A stretch of 64,000 nucleotides of DNA from an uncultured Candidatus Saccharibacteria bacterium (lineage in GTDB: Bacteria > Patescibacteriota > Minisyncoccia > Phycocordibacterales > UBA9973): positions 66,815 through 130,814 of the forward strand of contig CAZYIA010000003.1 of assembly GCA_964646765.1 (NCBI GenBank). The letters run 5' to 3'. Under the pieces are notes generated by a model. It was not told the origin of the DNA, made no database searches, and saw nothing but the letters and a program-made list of their open reading frames with translations. Below, one piece after another: positions 47,569-57,506 of the stretch. Positions within the stretch are counted from its first letter, which is position 1, and every line of letters starts with the position of its first letter. Both the position numbers and the translations under genes were made by a program.

Positions 47569-48158
47569 CGACTATTCATGTTTTTGAAAATGGTATAGAG
47601 CGGACCAGAACAAGTTGGGTTTTTTGCGGCAACTGCTGTTTCAAATACTTTTTGAAAAGCGTTCTGGAATGAGAGAGTGTTGTCGTAAGTGCACGTGAGA
47701 TCTTGGTTTACCCAAGCAGGGTTAGCAACTTCTGTGTAGCGAAAAGTAACTTGGCAGCCACCTGATACTTTTTTCACAATGGTTAATTTTTCGCCGCCGA
47801 GGCCTGAAACGGTCGTGGTGACAGTCGCCGGGGAACATGTTTTGAAATTTTCCTCAAAGCAGCTTTGTGTTCCACAGGTTACTGTTGAAGTTACTGACCC
47901 TTCGTATGAAATGTTTGCGTGTAACGTACCAACCTGTTGATCATCTTGGGTTGTGAGCGGGTAGTCGTTTTCTACTTTTGTAGAAACAGATTCAGTGGTT
48001 GTTATAGGGGAGTCACTAACTAGAGTGGGTGGTGGAGTAAACTCAGTTTCAGGAGGCGTTGCTATTTTTGGCTGTGACTCGAAAAAGATTCCCAAAGCAA
48101 TTATGGCTATAAGGCCAAAACCGAGAATCCCCAAAGCAAATACTTTTGGTGACATATG
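47565..48158 (-). CDS. Hypothetical secreted/membrane-anchored protein
   Basis: Signal-anchor MSPKVFALGILGFGLIAIIALGIFF, a Pro/Thr linker, a Cys-containing globular domain. Confidence 0.4.
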   Translation of the reverse strand, partial: HMSPKVFALGILGFGLIAIIALGIFFESQPKIATPPETEFTPPPTLVSDSPITTTESVSTKVENDYPLTTQDDQQVGTLHANISYEGSVTSTVTCGTQSCFEENFKTCSPATVTTTVSGLGGEKLTIVKKVSGGCQVTFRYTEVANPAWVNQDLTCTYDNTLSFQNAFQKVFETAVAAKNPTCSGPLYTIFKNMNSR

Positions 48159-48210
48159 GCAAAGTATACCACTGTAGCCCCTCGTTCGCTCTTTTGCTAT
48201 GCTAGGAGCT

Positions 48211-48699
48211 ATGATGTCTGACGTACATAAACGCCCTTCTTGGGATGAATACTTTATGGGTATTGCCAAGATGGTGGCTACTCGAGCTACTTGTGATCGT
48301 GGCCGCTCTGGTGCTGTAACTGTAATGGGTCATCACATTTTAACTACCGGCTATGTTGGTGCGCCGCCAGGCATTGCGCATTGTGATGATGTTGGTCATG
48401 AAATGTCGACGGTTATTGATGACGCAGGGAATGAATCCAAACACTGTATCCGCTCAACCCATGCCGAACAGAATGCTATTGTTCAAGCTGCTCGAAATGG
48501 AGTCACCCTTAAAGGAGCAACACTCTATTGTAAAATGACTCCATGCTATACCTGCGCCAAACTTATTATTACTGCTGGTATTGCGCGCGTTGTTGCCGAA
48601 AAAGATTATCATGTCGGGAATCGTACGAAGGAGGTCTTTAAAGAAGCTGGTATCCAGTTTGACCTTTTAGGAGAAATAGAAGCATATCCAAATCAATAA
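48211..48699 (+). CDS. dCMP deaminase / CMP-dCMP-type zinc deaminase
   Basis: HAEQNAI...PCYTCAKLI zinc-ligand motifs (HAE plus PCxxC). Confidence 0.85.
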   Translation: MMSDVHKRPSWDEYFMGIAKMVATRATCDRGRSGAVTVMGHHILTTGYVGAPPGIAHCDDVGHEMSTVIDDAGNESKHCIRSTHAEQNAIVQAARNGVTLKGATLYCKMTPCYTCAKLIITAGIARVVAEKDYHVGNRTKEVFKEAGIQFDLLGEIEAYPNQ

Positions 48700-48702
48700 T
48701 AT

Positions 48703-49035
48703 ATGTCAGTTGATCTCAAACAACTTCAAAAAGAAGTAATGCGCAACAAAATAGAGAAGGGTTTTAATACTCAAGATATGGCTCTTGAATTTTGTCGTGC
48801 ACACGAGGAACTATCCGAGGCATTTTCTAAATATAATAAAGCTGAAGCAGGCGTGGCAGAGGAATTTGCCGATGTCGCCATTTTTCTCTTGGGAATGTGT
48901 GAAACCCTTGGGTACGATTTGGAGGCTGAATTGGTTCGAAAAATTGAGATAAATAAAAAACGAAAATACCGTAAGGAAAAATCCCCCGATGGTAAAGACG
49001 TTTTCATTCGCGTAAAAACCGATGAAGATCCATGA
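48703..49035 (+). CDS. MazG-like nucleotide pyrophosphohydrolase
   Basis: EExxEAxxK...EEFADVAIFLLGM pattern (EExxE / ExxD metal motifs). Confidence 0.7.
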   Translation: MSVDLKQLQKEVMRNKIEKGFNTQDMALEFCRAHEELSEAFSKYNKAEAGVAEEFADVAIFLLGMCETLGYDLEAELVRKIEINKKRKYRKEKSPDGKDVFIRVKTDEDP

Positions 49036-49639
49036 TCCTATTGAAATAATTACTTTCGATTTTTTCGGAGTGCTTTGTGCCCCAATGTACGGGGGATTAT
49101 TACGCGATTTATTTCCTGGTGATCAGGTCGCGTGGAGAAAATGGATGGACCTTGTTGAGTTTGAAGTTGATATCGGAACAGTCACTGAAGATGCTTTTAT
49201 TGAGCTTCTTTCTAAAGAGTGCGGTGTTCCTGCGCCAGAATTAAAGAATCGTTCCTATGAATACGCAAAACTGAATGAATCACTCTTTGAGATTATTGCC
49301 GACCTTAAGCATTACTATCGTGTTGGTCTTTTAACTAACGCTCCACGAAGTATCATTGAGACAGCACTTAAGGAAAAATTGGAGCTTTTTAATACGGTGA
49401 CCATTTCAGGTGATATTGGCATTATCAAGCCGCACGCGGAAATTTACGAACAGTACATTAAAGCTTGTGCGCTGCCGGCGGACAGAATATTTTTTACTGA
49501 TGATAACGTACGAAATGTTGCCGCAGCTCGAGTTTCAGGAATAATTGCAACCCAGTATCTCACCATTCCTCAGTTTTTACTTGATCTTGAGCACGAGGGT
49601 GTTGTATTCCCCCGATACCAAACACTCGAGAGTATCTAA
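49022..49639 (+). CDS. HAD-superfamily hydrolase
   Basis: ITFDFFGVL (motif I) ... LLTNAP (motif II) ... FFTDDNVRN (motif IV). Confidence 0.7.
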   Translation: MKIHDPIEIITFDFFGVLCAPMYGGLLRDLFPGDQVAWRKWMDLVEFEVDIGTVTEDAFIELLSKECGVPAPELKNRSYEYAKLNESLFEIIADLKHYYRVGLLTNAPRSIIETALKEKLELFNTVTISGDIGIIKPHAEIYEQYIKACALPADRIFFTDDNVRNVAAARVSGIIATQYLTIPQFLLDLEHEGVVFPRYQTLESI

Positions 49640-50127
49640 AGGTGCTTCTCGTAGATTACAAATGAATAGGGATAGGCATGAGCTTCATCTGGAGCGTAAT
49701 CGTCTCGGAAGGCCTCTTTCCATTCTTGGTCAATTTCAGGAAAGAAAGCATCTGCGTCAAAAGAACTATTAACACGGGTAATATATAGCCGGTTAGCATA
49801 GGGGAGAAAGAGTTTATAAATTTGTGCTCCTCCAATGACAAAAATTTCTTCATCAGAATCCTTAAAAAGATTCAACGCTTCTTCAACACTGCTCACATTT
49901 TCACATCCCGGAGCTTGATAATTTTCAGTACTTCGAGAGAGGACAATGTTGCGGCGGTTAGGAAGTGGTCGGCCAATAGATTCGAACGTTTTACGGCCCA
50001 TAATTACCGGGTGGCCACTAGTAGTCTCCCGAAAATGTCGCATATCTGCTGGCAAATCCCACAGAAGCTTATTATCTTTCCCGAGTTCATTATTTATACC
50101 AATGGCTGCAATCAGAGAGAGAATCAT
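49636..50127 (-). CDS. folA: Dihydrofolate reductase
   Basis: ISLIAAIGINNELGKDNKLLWDLPADMRHFRETTSGHPVIMGRKTFESIG...FVIGGAQIY. Confidence 0.9.
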   Translation of the reverse strand: MILSLIAAIGINNELGKDNKLLWDLPADMRHFRETTSGHPVIMGRKTFESIGRPLPNRRNIVLSRSTENYQAPGCENVSSVEEALNLFKDSDEEIFVIGGAQIYKLFLPYANRLYITRVNSSFDADAFFPEIDQEWKEAFRDDYAPDEAHAYPYSFVIYEKHL

Positions 50128-50217
50128 AGAGAGAGTGTACCACGGATCATAAAAAGTTAATCCTCTGTTTAGAGTTTCATTAGCAGCGATTTTCTATAGT
50201 TTTAAAAACCGTTCCCA

Positions 50218-50850
50218 ATGAAAAATCTATATTTCCTTACGTTATTACTCATAGCAGTAATCCTCCCCACAGCACGTGCACAAGTTGGACCTTGCCTGCA
50301 CAATCCAATTTTTTCTGACACCTGCTGCCCAATTGTAATGAATGAAATCCTTCCTGAAGGCTACAGCGGCGAAACTTGGGTTGAACTGTATAATTGCAAC
50401 CCTGATACCGCTGTAGTTCTGGAAGGGTGGTTTCTTTCTCCAAAACCGGATAGTACTTTCTTTGTTCCGTTTCCTCTCGGATACACAGTCTTACCAAATT
50501 ATTATCGAGTATTTTCGCTTCCGTTTACCATTTCGCGGTCGTTTGGGTTACTACAACTCTTTCGGCCAGACTCAACACTCGCGTACGGCATTACCTTTGA
50601 TAATGTTGCTATCGGCGAGTCGGTTGGTTATTGCGATTTAATAATTACTCGACAAACTCCCACTCCTGGATTGCCAAATAGTTGTACGGTAACAAGTATT
50701 TCTGAAGTTCCTTATACGGAAGGGAAACAGACGTTTCTCTATGACCTACTTGGCCGTAGGGTTGCTAGCCCTGTGTCAGGAATCTTTATTTCAGTCACAG
50801 AAGAACGAGGACTACGTTTAGTTAAGAAACTAACTTTACTTCGCGAATAG
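50218..50850 (+). CDS. Secreted lamin-tail-domain (LTD) protein with T9SS-type C-terminal sorting domain
   Basis: Signal peptide. INEILPEGYSGETWVELYNCNPDTAVVLEGWFL matches LTD (iNEi...ewvElyN...v.L.gw.L). The C-terminus FLYDLLGRRVASPVSGIFISVTEERGLRLVKK resembles the Por_Secre_tail / T9SS type-A CTD. Confidence 0.6.
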   Translation: MKNLYFLTLLLIAVILPTARAQVGPCLHNPIFSDTCCPIVMNEILPEGYSGETWVELYNCNPDTAVVLEGWFLSPKPDSTFFVPFPLGYTVLPNYYRVFSLPFTISRSFGLLQLFRPDSTLAYGITFDNVAIGESVGYCDLIITRQTPTPGLPNSCTVTSISEVPYTEGKQTFLYDLLGRRVASPVSGIFISVTEERGLRLVKKLTLLRE

Positions 50851-50853
50851 AAC

Positions 50854-50876
50854 AAAACCCGGTACCTGCCGGGTTT
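50854..50876 (+). terminator. Rho-independent terminator
   Basis: AAAACCCGG-tacctg-CCGGGTTT. Confidence 0.65.
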
Positions 50877-50920
50877 CGCGCTGCTAAGCTAGCATTGACT
50901 CCATTTGTGCTTGTGGTGCA

Positions 50921-51370
50921 ATGAAGAAACAACCCTTTTATATGAGCAATAAAAATAATGATGTACAAGATAAGCTAAAAGAGAGGATTAGGGGAGTTAC
51001 CAATAATCCCAGCCTTCAAAGAAACATTTACAAAGATGTAAAAGAATACTCTGAGGGTGTTCAAATAAATTTCCTCTTCTTTTTAGAAGACCGTGAAGCC
51101 ATTATTAGACGACCACTCAAAGTTGAGTGCCATAAAGTTGATTTACCAGAAGATGACCCTCTATCATGGACAGAATTCTGCATTCCCGGAGATATTCTTT
51201 TGTCAGTTAATCGTTTCTGGTTTCAAGGTTTTCTAATAGATGGTCAGGAAAGCAACAAGGTATTTCCCGTTCTTTACTTCTATATAGAAAATTTTAGGTT
51301 ACCTTCTCTTCCTTATGGAAAAAGAATCCTCACTCGCTGTTTTCTCAGCGACTTCATCAAAGCAGTGTAA
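50921..51370 (+). CDS. Hypothetical protein in a low-GC islet
   Basis: 149-aa ORF. Local GC is lower than the surroundings. No family recognised. Confidence 0.3.
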   Translation: MKKQPFYMSNKNNDVQDKLKERIRGVTNNPSLQRNIYKDVKEYSEGVQINFLFFLEDREAIIRRPLKVECHKVDLPEDDPLSWTEFCIPGDILLSVNRFWFQGFLIDGQESNKVFPVLYFYIENFRLPSLPYGKRILTRCFLSDFIKAV

Positions 51371-51410
51371 ATAGCAGATTGCTTGTATATCCCACACGCG
51401 ATCTGTTTTT

Positions 51411-51836
51411 TTATTTACGTCGATTTTGAAAATACGCAACTGCTGGAAATGATGCTTTAGCGATAGGTGAGGGAAGCGCATTAAGTGAAAACCACTCCAG
51501 CGCCTCACATTTTTCTGGCTCCTGAATTTTTGGAACACCTCTAATAATTTTCGCCTTAAAAATATTAGTTACCCAATGTTGGCTTTCTTCAGGTAAAAGA
51601 ACCTCATAAGCTGGAAGTTGTTCTAGAATTTCAATAGCTACATCAAGCTCTTCTTTCACTTCGCGAATAGCGGTTTGTTTGAGTGTTTCGCTAAAATCAA
51701 CTGTACCGCCAGGCACGCTCCATGCACCAACCTCATTTTTTGATTTTACCCCGCGCTTCATGAGTAAAAGCTCATCTTTTTCATTGAAGATGAAAACACC
51801 AACACCAAGGCCAATATAATCAACGCCAGCTTTCAT
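51411..51836 (-). CDS. NUDIX hydrolase (MutT-like)
   Basis: Nudix box GGTVDFSETLKQTAIREVKEELDV, matching Gx5Ex7REUxEExGU. Confidence 0.8.
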   Translation of the reverse strand: MKAGVDYIGLGVGVFIFNEKDELLLMKRGVKSKNEVGAWSVPGGTVDFSETLKQTAIREVKEELDVAIEILEQLPAYEVLLPEESQHWVTNIFKAKIIRGVPKIQEPEKCEALEWFSLNALPSPIAKASFPAVAYFQNRRK

Positions 51837-51838
51837 AT

Positions 51839-52777
51839 TTATACTGCAATCGGTGCACGAATCCCTTCATGCGACGTGTAGTTTTCGAGCGTGAAGTCAT
51901 CGATAGTAAAGTCGGCGATATTTTTTACATTTGGATTTAATTTCATTGTTGGCATTGGGTAGAGAGAATCTTTTCGTGAAAGTTGCAGTTTAGCCTGTTC
52001 GATATGATTTGAATACAAGTGAACATCACCACCGGTCCACACAAAATCTCCTGGTTCGAGGCCGGTTACTTGTGCAACCATCATAACTAAAAGGGCATAC
52101 GAGGCGATATTAAATGGAACACCCAAGAAGGTATCGCAACTTCGCTGATAGAGCTGGCATGAAAGTTTTCCGTTCGCTACATAGAACTGAAAGAAACAGT
52201 GACATGGCGGCAGTCCTGCTTTTGCCATCTCATCGATGTCGGCAACATTCCATGCTGAAACAATTAATCGGCGAGAGTTCGGATTATTTTTGATGTCCTC
52301 AATAACTTTTCCAAGTTGGTCGATGTGTTTACCGTTCGGTGCTGGCCAACTTCGCCACTGGTATCCATAAATTGGGCCAAGGTTGCCATATTCTTTGGCA
52401 AATGCCGGATCGGTTTTTATTTTCTCTACGAACCCTTTCATTTGGCTGTTCCAGTCTTCACCATTCACTTCAGGAATCGGGAGATTGTTTCTTTGAAGAT
52501 ATGCCTTAAATGGCCACTCGTTCCAGATAGGGACATTGTTGTCGGCCAAGTATTTTAAATTAGTGTCACCACGAACAAACCAAATGAGTTCGTGAATAAT
52601 TGATTTCAGCGGTACTTTTTTTGTAGTGAGTAGGGGGAAGCCTTTAGAAAGATCAAATCGCATCTGGTATCCAAAGATGCTTTTTGTGCCGGTACCGGTG
52701 CGGTCACTTTTATCCGTGCCCTCGTTTATAAGCTTTTCGAGGAGAGGGAGGTACTCTCGGTCAACGTGATATTCCAT
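51839..52777 (-). CDS. thyA: Thymidylate synthase (ThyA)
   Basis: [30 protein letters not shown]...[32 protein letters not shown]...[26 protein letters not shown]. Start at the internal Met (MEYHVD); the track ORF extends 14 codons further. Confidence 0.9.
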   Translation of the reverse strand: MEYHVDREYLPLLEKLINEGTDKSDRTGTGTKSIFGYQMRFDLSKGFPLLTTKKVPLKSIIHELIWFVRGDTNLKYLADNNVPIWNEWPFKAYLQRNNLPIPEVNGEDWNSQMKGFVEKIKTDPAFAKEYGNLGPIYGYQWRSWPAPNGKHIDQLGKVIEDIKNNPNSRRLIVSAWNVADIDEMAKAGLPPCHCFFQFYVANGKLSCQLYQRSCDTFLGVPFNIASYALLVMMVAQVTGLEPGDFVWTGGDVHLYSNHIEQAKLQLSRKDSLYPMPTMKLNPNVKNIADFTIDDFTLENYTSHEGIRAPIAV

Positions 52778-52916
52778 AGGCCGATTATAGGGCAAAGTGC
52801 ACTCTTTTTCCATTTGCAAAAAATATAGGAGGAGTACAATGAAAATAAGTCCGGTCCTGTACCGTCCCCAAACTGAATATTTGTTATAACCCTTTTAAAA
52901 ACCAAAACTTAAGCAC

Positions 52917-53234
52917 ATGAAAGCTAAATTACTCATTGTGACTGTAGCTCTGCTGTTATGCCAGCTCTGTCACGCACAGCAAAACGTTTTAAACGCATCA
53001 AGCGAAGTAAAGATTTACCCCAATCCTGCTGCCGGTACGTTATATGTAGTTGTAGATACTGCATCTAAAGTAACTATCTTTAACCTATTGGGAGAACCGC
53101 TGCCTGCTGCGAATGACAAATTAGTCTCTGCTGGTCGCACCGGCTTTGATTTTACTGAAGTACCGCAAGGGTACTATCTGGTGCAAGTACTTTCGAGAGA
53201 TGAAAAGTACACAAAACGAATTTTGAAGGAATAA
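52917..53234 (+). CDS. Small secreted protein consisting of a signal peptide plus a T9SS C-terminal sorting domain (Por_Secre_tail-like)
   Basis: SP MKAKLLIVTVALLLCQLCHA. Then VKIYPNPAAGTLYVVVDTASKVTIFNLLGEPL...DFTEVPQGYYLVQVLSRDEKYTKRILKE, matching the KIYPNPA ... IFNLLG ... G.YLV.V ... K.LK CTD pattern typical of Bacteroidota. Confidence 0.6.
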   Translation: MKAKLLIVTVALLLCQLCHAQQNVLNASSEVKIYPNPAAGTLYVVVDTASKVTIFNLLGEPLPAANDKLVSAGRTGFDFTEVPQGYYLVQVLSRDEKYTKRILKE

Positions 53235-53431
53235 TTTTTACCCAACATGTTTTAAAAGATTAGCCCTGGCTTCCCGTCAGGTGCTTTTCTTACCTGGATG
53301 AGGGTTGACAAATACATATGGTTGTGTTAATTTTTAACTACCATTCTCACTTATACATAATCGGGAATGACGATTATGGAAATCAGCGTACGCAGTTGTT
53401 GTGTTAGTTCTGATTAGCCATACACAACAAT

Positions 53432-54889
53432 ATGCAGAATATGCACCGAAGTGGTGCGCGCGGTAAAAATCCGACGCGTACCGGAACTTCGCAGGGAGGG
53501 CGAAAACCCCGCTCTAGCGGAGGACATTTTAATAGAGACGTCCAGCACCATGGAGGAGCGTTTCGGGCCGAAGGCCCACGACCATCATTTGGTCGTCGTA
53601 TTCACGTGCCTGGCGAAAGTCTTGGGCAGGGCAGCGAAAGCCGTCAATCAAAGCCGCAAGGCTTCCGTAGCCACGGAAGCAGTACTTTTCGTGCTCCGCG
53701 AACCGGAGGCTTTCGTGGCCGCTCGCAGGGCGGTTTTCGTGGAGGTGGAAGTCGTGGTGGTAATCGAGGCGGTGGTCGCAGTCGCGGCGAACGCATTGAT
53801 TACAGTCGTTTTATTCGTAAGGCAGAACTCGTAGAAGTAAAACCATACGTAGCCCAGCATTCATTTGTTGATTTTCCTTTTGACGCTCGTCTTGCAAAAA
53901 ATATAGAAAAGAAAGGATACGAAAAACCAACGCCAATTCAAGATCAAGCGATTCCATTTAGTTTGCTTGGCCGTGACATTTTTGGTTTGGCTAATACAGG
54001 AACAGGTAAAACAGCAGCCTTTCTCTTGCCGCTCATTCAAAAAGTATTAAACAGTCGCAAAGAACAAGTTCTTATTCTTGCGCCAACACGTGAACTTGCT
54101 CTCCAAATTGAAAAAGAATTTATTGAGTTTACCTACGGCACCAGCTTGTTTTCTGTGTCAGCTGTTGGTGGTATGCCAATTTTCCGTCAGATTACGAAAC
54201 TTAAGCGCGGAGTTTCCTTTGTTATTGGAACCCCAGGCCGTGTAAAAGATCTGATTGATCGCAAAGCACTTAATCTGGGAACTTTCAAATCAATCGTGCT
54301 CGATGAAGCTGATCGCATGCTTGATATGGGATTCCGTGATGACATGGAGTTTGTGATGAATAAAATGGGGGAAGATCGCCAAACGCTCTTTTTCTCAGCA
54401 ACAATCTCGCCAGACATTCGTAAACTTTCTGAAAAGTATCTCAAGGATCCTGAGTTTATTTCAGTTGTTGTTCGCGAAACTTCAAAGAATATTGATCAGG
54501 ATGTTGTCCGAGTTCTTTCTCGTGACAAGAAAATTGATCAGCTCCACGATATTCTTATCGGTGAGCAGGACAGCAAGATTCTTATCTTTAGTGAAACTAA
54601 GCGTGATGTTGATCGCCTTGCACGTGAATTAGTCGCTCGCGGTTTCCGCGTTGGGGCTATTCACGGCGACAAGCGTAACCGTGAACGTGTACGCACTCTT
54701 GAAGATTTCAAAACTGGCCGCATCGGTATTTTGATTGCTACCGACGTTGCTGCTCGCGGACTTGATATCCCAGATGTGACACATGTTATTAACTACGATG
54801 TGCCGCAAACGTACGATACCTACGTACACCGCATTGGCCGAACTGGCCGCGCAGGGAAGACTGGAAAAGCGTTAACCTTCGTTCATTAG
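53432..54889 (+). CDS. DEAD-box ATP-dependent RNA helicase with N-terminal Arg/Gly-rich (RGG) extension
   Basis: Q-motif/PTPIQ, GTGKT (motif I), PTRELA, DEAD (LDEADRMLDMGF), SAT, HRIGRTGRAG. The N-terminal approximately 120 aa are RGG/FRG repeats. Confidence 0.9.
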   Translation: MQNMHRSGARGKNPTRTGTSQGGRKPRSSGGHFNRDVQHHGGAFRAEGPRPSFGRRIHVPGESLGQGSESRQSKPQGFRSHGSSTFRAPRTGGFRGRSQGGFRGGGSRGGNRGGGRSRGERIDYSRFIRKAELVEVKPYVAQHSFVDFPFDARLAKNIEKKGYEKPTPIQDQAIPFSLLGRDIFGLANTGTGKTAAFLLPLIQKVLNSRKEQVLILAPTRELALQIEKEFIEFTYGTSLFSVSAVGGMPIFRQITKLKRGVSFVIGTPGRVKDLIDRKALNLGTFKSIVLDEADRMLDMGFRDDMEFVMNKMGEDRQTLFFSATISPDIRKLSEKYLKDPEFISVVVRETSKNIDQDVVRVLSRDKKIDQLHDILIGEQDSKILIFSETKRDVDRLARELVARGFRVGAIHGDKRNRERVRTLEDFKTGRIGILIATDVAARGLDIPDVTHVINYDVPQTYDTYVHRIGRTGRAGKTGKALTFVH

Positions 54890-54894
54890 GACTA

Positions 54895-54930
54895 AAGTCA
54901 AAAAGCCGCCTAAAGGCGGCTTTTTGACTT
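54895..54930 (+). terminator. Rho-independent terminator
   Basis: AAGTCAAAAAGCCGCC-taaa-GGCGGCTTTTTGACTT, a perfect 16-bp stem. Confidence 0.8.
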
Positions 54931-55003
54931 TATCGGTATTTTTAGTACAGTTCGGATAACCTATAAAAACATTAAATATTTTTTTTAACCTCAATCAATT
55001 TTT

Positions 55004-55378
55004 ATGAAGCCACAAAACAGCAATGGCGTTACTTTGGTTAGCTATATTCGCCAAATAGCTATTTTACTTAGCAATGTTCTTTACTTATTCGATGCTCCCG
55101 AGCGCGAAAAACATAAGGACCATAGCGAGCCCCCGAAAGATAAGACCTTAGGCGGCAATATTCCGCACGCATCATGGGTATTACCTATCATCATCAATAT
55201 CCTTCGGAGCGTACCCGCCCCTGACATGGAGCAGGAACTAAAGTTCCTAACTGCCGACCTCGACCTGACCGTGGAGGATAATTTCAAAAAGTTGCAGGAT
55301 TTTGTGGCTAAGCTCAAAGCGTTTAACAGCGCCTTTTCGCAAACCAGCGACAAGTATGAAGAGCATATCCACGATTAA
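55004..55378 (+). CDS. Hypothetical protein in a compositionally atypical islet
   Basis: 124-aa ORF with GC-richer codons than its neighbours, followed by hairpin GTGCAG...CTGCAC plus a T run (55407-55446). No family recognised. Confidence 0.3.
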   Translation: MKPQNSNGVTLVSYIRQIAILLSNVLYLFDAPEREKHKDHSEPPKDKTLGGNIPHASWVLPIIINILRSVPAPDMEQELKFLTADLDLTVEDNFKKLQDFVAKLKAFNSAFSQTSDKYEEHIHD

Positions 55379-55546
55379 CCAATTCAGCCGGTTACAAAAT
55401 GAGAAGGTGCAGCTAAACTTTACGGTTTATCTGCACTTTTTCTTTTTATCTTTTTCAGTGTATGATGGGGGCACGTAACCTCGTTCAGGCTTATGGTATA
55501 ACGATTCCACAACGCTTTTCCTATTATTTCTTAAGCTTATTTTGCT

Positions 55547-56803
55547 ATGCACTATCTCGAACAAGACCCTGAAATTTTCGCCGCTTTAAAAGGTGAAGAA
55601 AAGCGCCAAAAAGAAGGCCTCGAACTTATTCCTTCGGAAAACTACGTTTCCAAAGCCGTGCTTGAAGCGAACGGTTCTATTTTCACCAACAAATACTCAG
55701 AAGGATATCCAGGTCGCCGTTACTATGGTGGACAAGAATTTACTGATGTTGTTGAGCGTTTAGCAATTGAGCGCATTTGTAAACTCTTTAACTGTAAATT
55801 TGCCAACGTTCAGCCGCACTCAGGTGCACCAGCAAACTTAGCTGTGTATGCCGCACTCCTTGAACCAGGCGACACTGTGCTTGGTATGGATCTCTCACAT
55901 GGCGGTCACTTAACGCACGGTCACCCAATGACGCTGCCTGCTAAGATCTACAAATTCGTCACCTACAAGATGAAAGATCCTGACACAGGTGAAATTGATT
56001 ACGATCATCTCCGTCAAATGACACTTGAACACAAACCAAAAATTATTTTGGCTGGTTTTTCTGCATACCCTCGCACTCTCGACTACAAAAAATTTGTTGA
56101 GATTGCTAAAGAAGTTGGGGCAATTACGATGGCTGACATGGCACACATCGCAGGTTTGATTGCTGGTAAGGCGCTCCGCAATCCATTTGATGATGGTTTT
56201 GATATCATCACGTCAACTACTCATAAAACTCTTCGTGGTCCACGCGGGGGGATCATTCTCACTCGAGAAAATGAAGAGATCGCCAAGAAAATCGACAAAT
56301 CTATTTTCCCTGGAATTCAAGGTGGTCCACACATGCACACTATCGCTGCGAAGGCCGTTGCCTTCGGCGAAGCATTAACGCCTGCGTATCAAACCTACGT
56401 ACAGCAGATTTTGAAAAATGCCAAGGCAATGGAAGCTGTGCTCAAAGAGAAAGGTGTTCGGATGATTGGTGGGGGAACCGATAACCACCTTATCCTCGCC
56501 GACGTATTTGGCTCACTTGGTGTTACTGGAAAAGAAGCGCAAACAGTACTCGACGAAGTTGGAATTACACTCAACATGAACTCAATTGCTGGTGACACGC
56601 GCAAGCCGCTCGATCCATCAGGTATTCGTTTTGGCACTCCAGCTATCACTACTCGTGGCTTTAAAGAAAAAGAATGTGCCGAAGTTGCCGAACTCTTGAT
56701 TGAAACACTCAAAAATAAAGACGACGCAGAAAAGAAAAAAGAAATTCGGGCAAAAGTTTTGGCACTTGCTGAAAAATTCCCGATTCCGGAGAAGTTTGTG
56801 TAG
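55547..56803 (+). CDS. glyA: Serine hydroxymethyltransferase
   Basis: YYGGQEFTDVVERLAIERI...VQPHSGAPANLAVY...LSHGGHLTHG...TTHKTLRGPRGG (PLP lysine region). Confidence 0.9.
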   Translation: MHYLEQDPEIFAALKGEEKRQKEGLELIPSENYVSKAVLEANGSIFTNKYSEGYPGRRYYGGQEFTDVVERLAIERICKLFNCKFANVQPHSGAPANLAVYAALLEPGDTVLGMDLSHGGHLTHGHPMTLPAKIYKFVTYKMKDPDTGEIDYDHLRQMTLEHKPKIILAGFSAYPRTLDYKKFVEIAKEVGAITMADMAHIAGLIAGKALRNPFDDGFDIITSTTHKTLRGPRGGIILTRENEEIAKKIDKSIFPGIQGGPHMHTIAAKAVAFGEALTPAYQTYVQQILKNAKAMEAVLKEKGVRMIGGGTDNHLILADVFGSLGVTGKEAQTVLDEVGITLNMNSIAGDTRKPLDPSGIRFGTPAITTRGFKEKECAEVAELLIETLKNKDDAEKKKEIRAKVLALAEKFPIPEKFV

Positions 56804-56807
56804 CTCT

Positions 56808-57506
56808 ATGTCGGCTACGAAGAAAAAAGGAAAATTAATTGTTATTGATGGAACTGACGGCTCGGGTAAAGCAACTCAAGCTGCGCTTTTGGCTGCGCAT
56901 TTAAAGAAAGCAGGCTATAAAGTAGCAACCATTGATTTTCCGCAATATGGCGATAATTTTTTTGGTGAATTTCTTGGACGTTGTCTGTCGCGTCAGTACT
57001 ATAACTTCGTGAAGGTCCACCCTAAAATTGCTTCAGTTTTGTATGCAGCAGACCGTTGGGAGTCAAAAGAAAAAATTGAAGGTTGGCTTAACAAAGGTTA
57101 CATCGTGATTGCTGATCGCTATGTGTCAGCAAACCAAATTCACCAAGGTGGAAAAATAACGAGCACTAAGAAGCGCCGAGACTTTTTGAAGTGGCTCGAT
57201 GAGATGGAATACAACGTATTTAAAATTCCACGACCAAACCTGGTACTATACTTGTCACTACCACTTACTACCATGCGCTCTCTGATTAAAGAGCGCAATA
57301 AAAAAGAAGTCCGTGCCTATCTTGGCAAGGGGAAGGACGTACACGAAAAAGACATGGCGCACTTAGCGAATGCTCGCGAGAGTGCACTCAAGTTAGTGAA
57401 AGAGCTCAACAATTTCAAAAAAATTGACTGTGCTCCTGAAGGTAACCTTTTACCACCACCAGTTATTCACGAAAAAGTTTTTGAAGAAGTCTCAAAAATT
57501 ATATGA
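56808..57506 (+). CDS. tmk: Thymidylate kinase (dTMP kinase)
   Basis: P-loop IVIDGTDGSGKATQ, DRY-like ADRYVSANQIHQGG, and a lid region. Confidence 0.85.
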   Translation: MSATKKKGKLIVIDGTDGSGKATQAALLAAHLKKAGYKVATIDFPQYGDNFFGEFLGRCLSRQYYNFVKVHPKIASVLYAADRWESKEKIEGWLNKGYIVIADRYVSANQIHQGGKITSTKKRRDFLKWLDEMEYNVFKIPRPNLVLYLSLPLTTMRSLIKERNKKEVRAYLGKGKDVHEKDMAHLANARESALKLVKELNNFKKIDCAPEGNLLPPPVIHEKVFEEVSKII

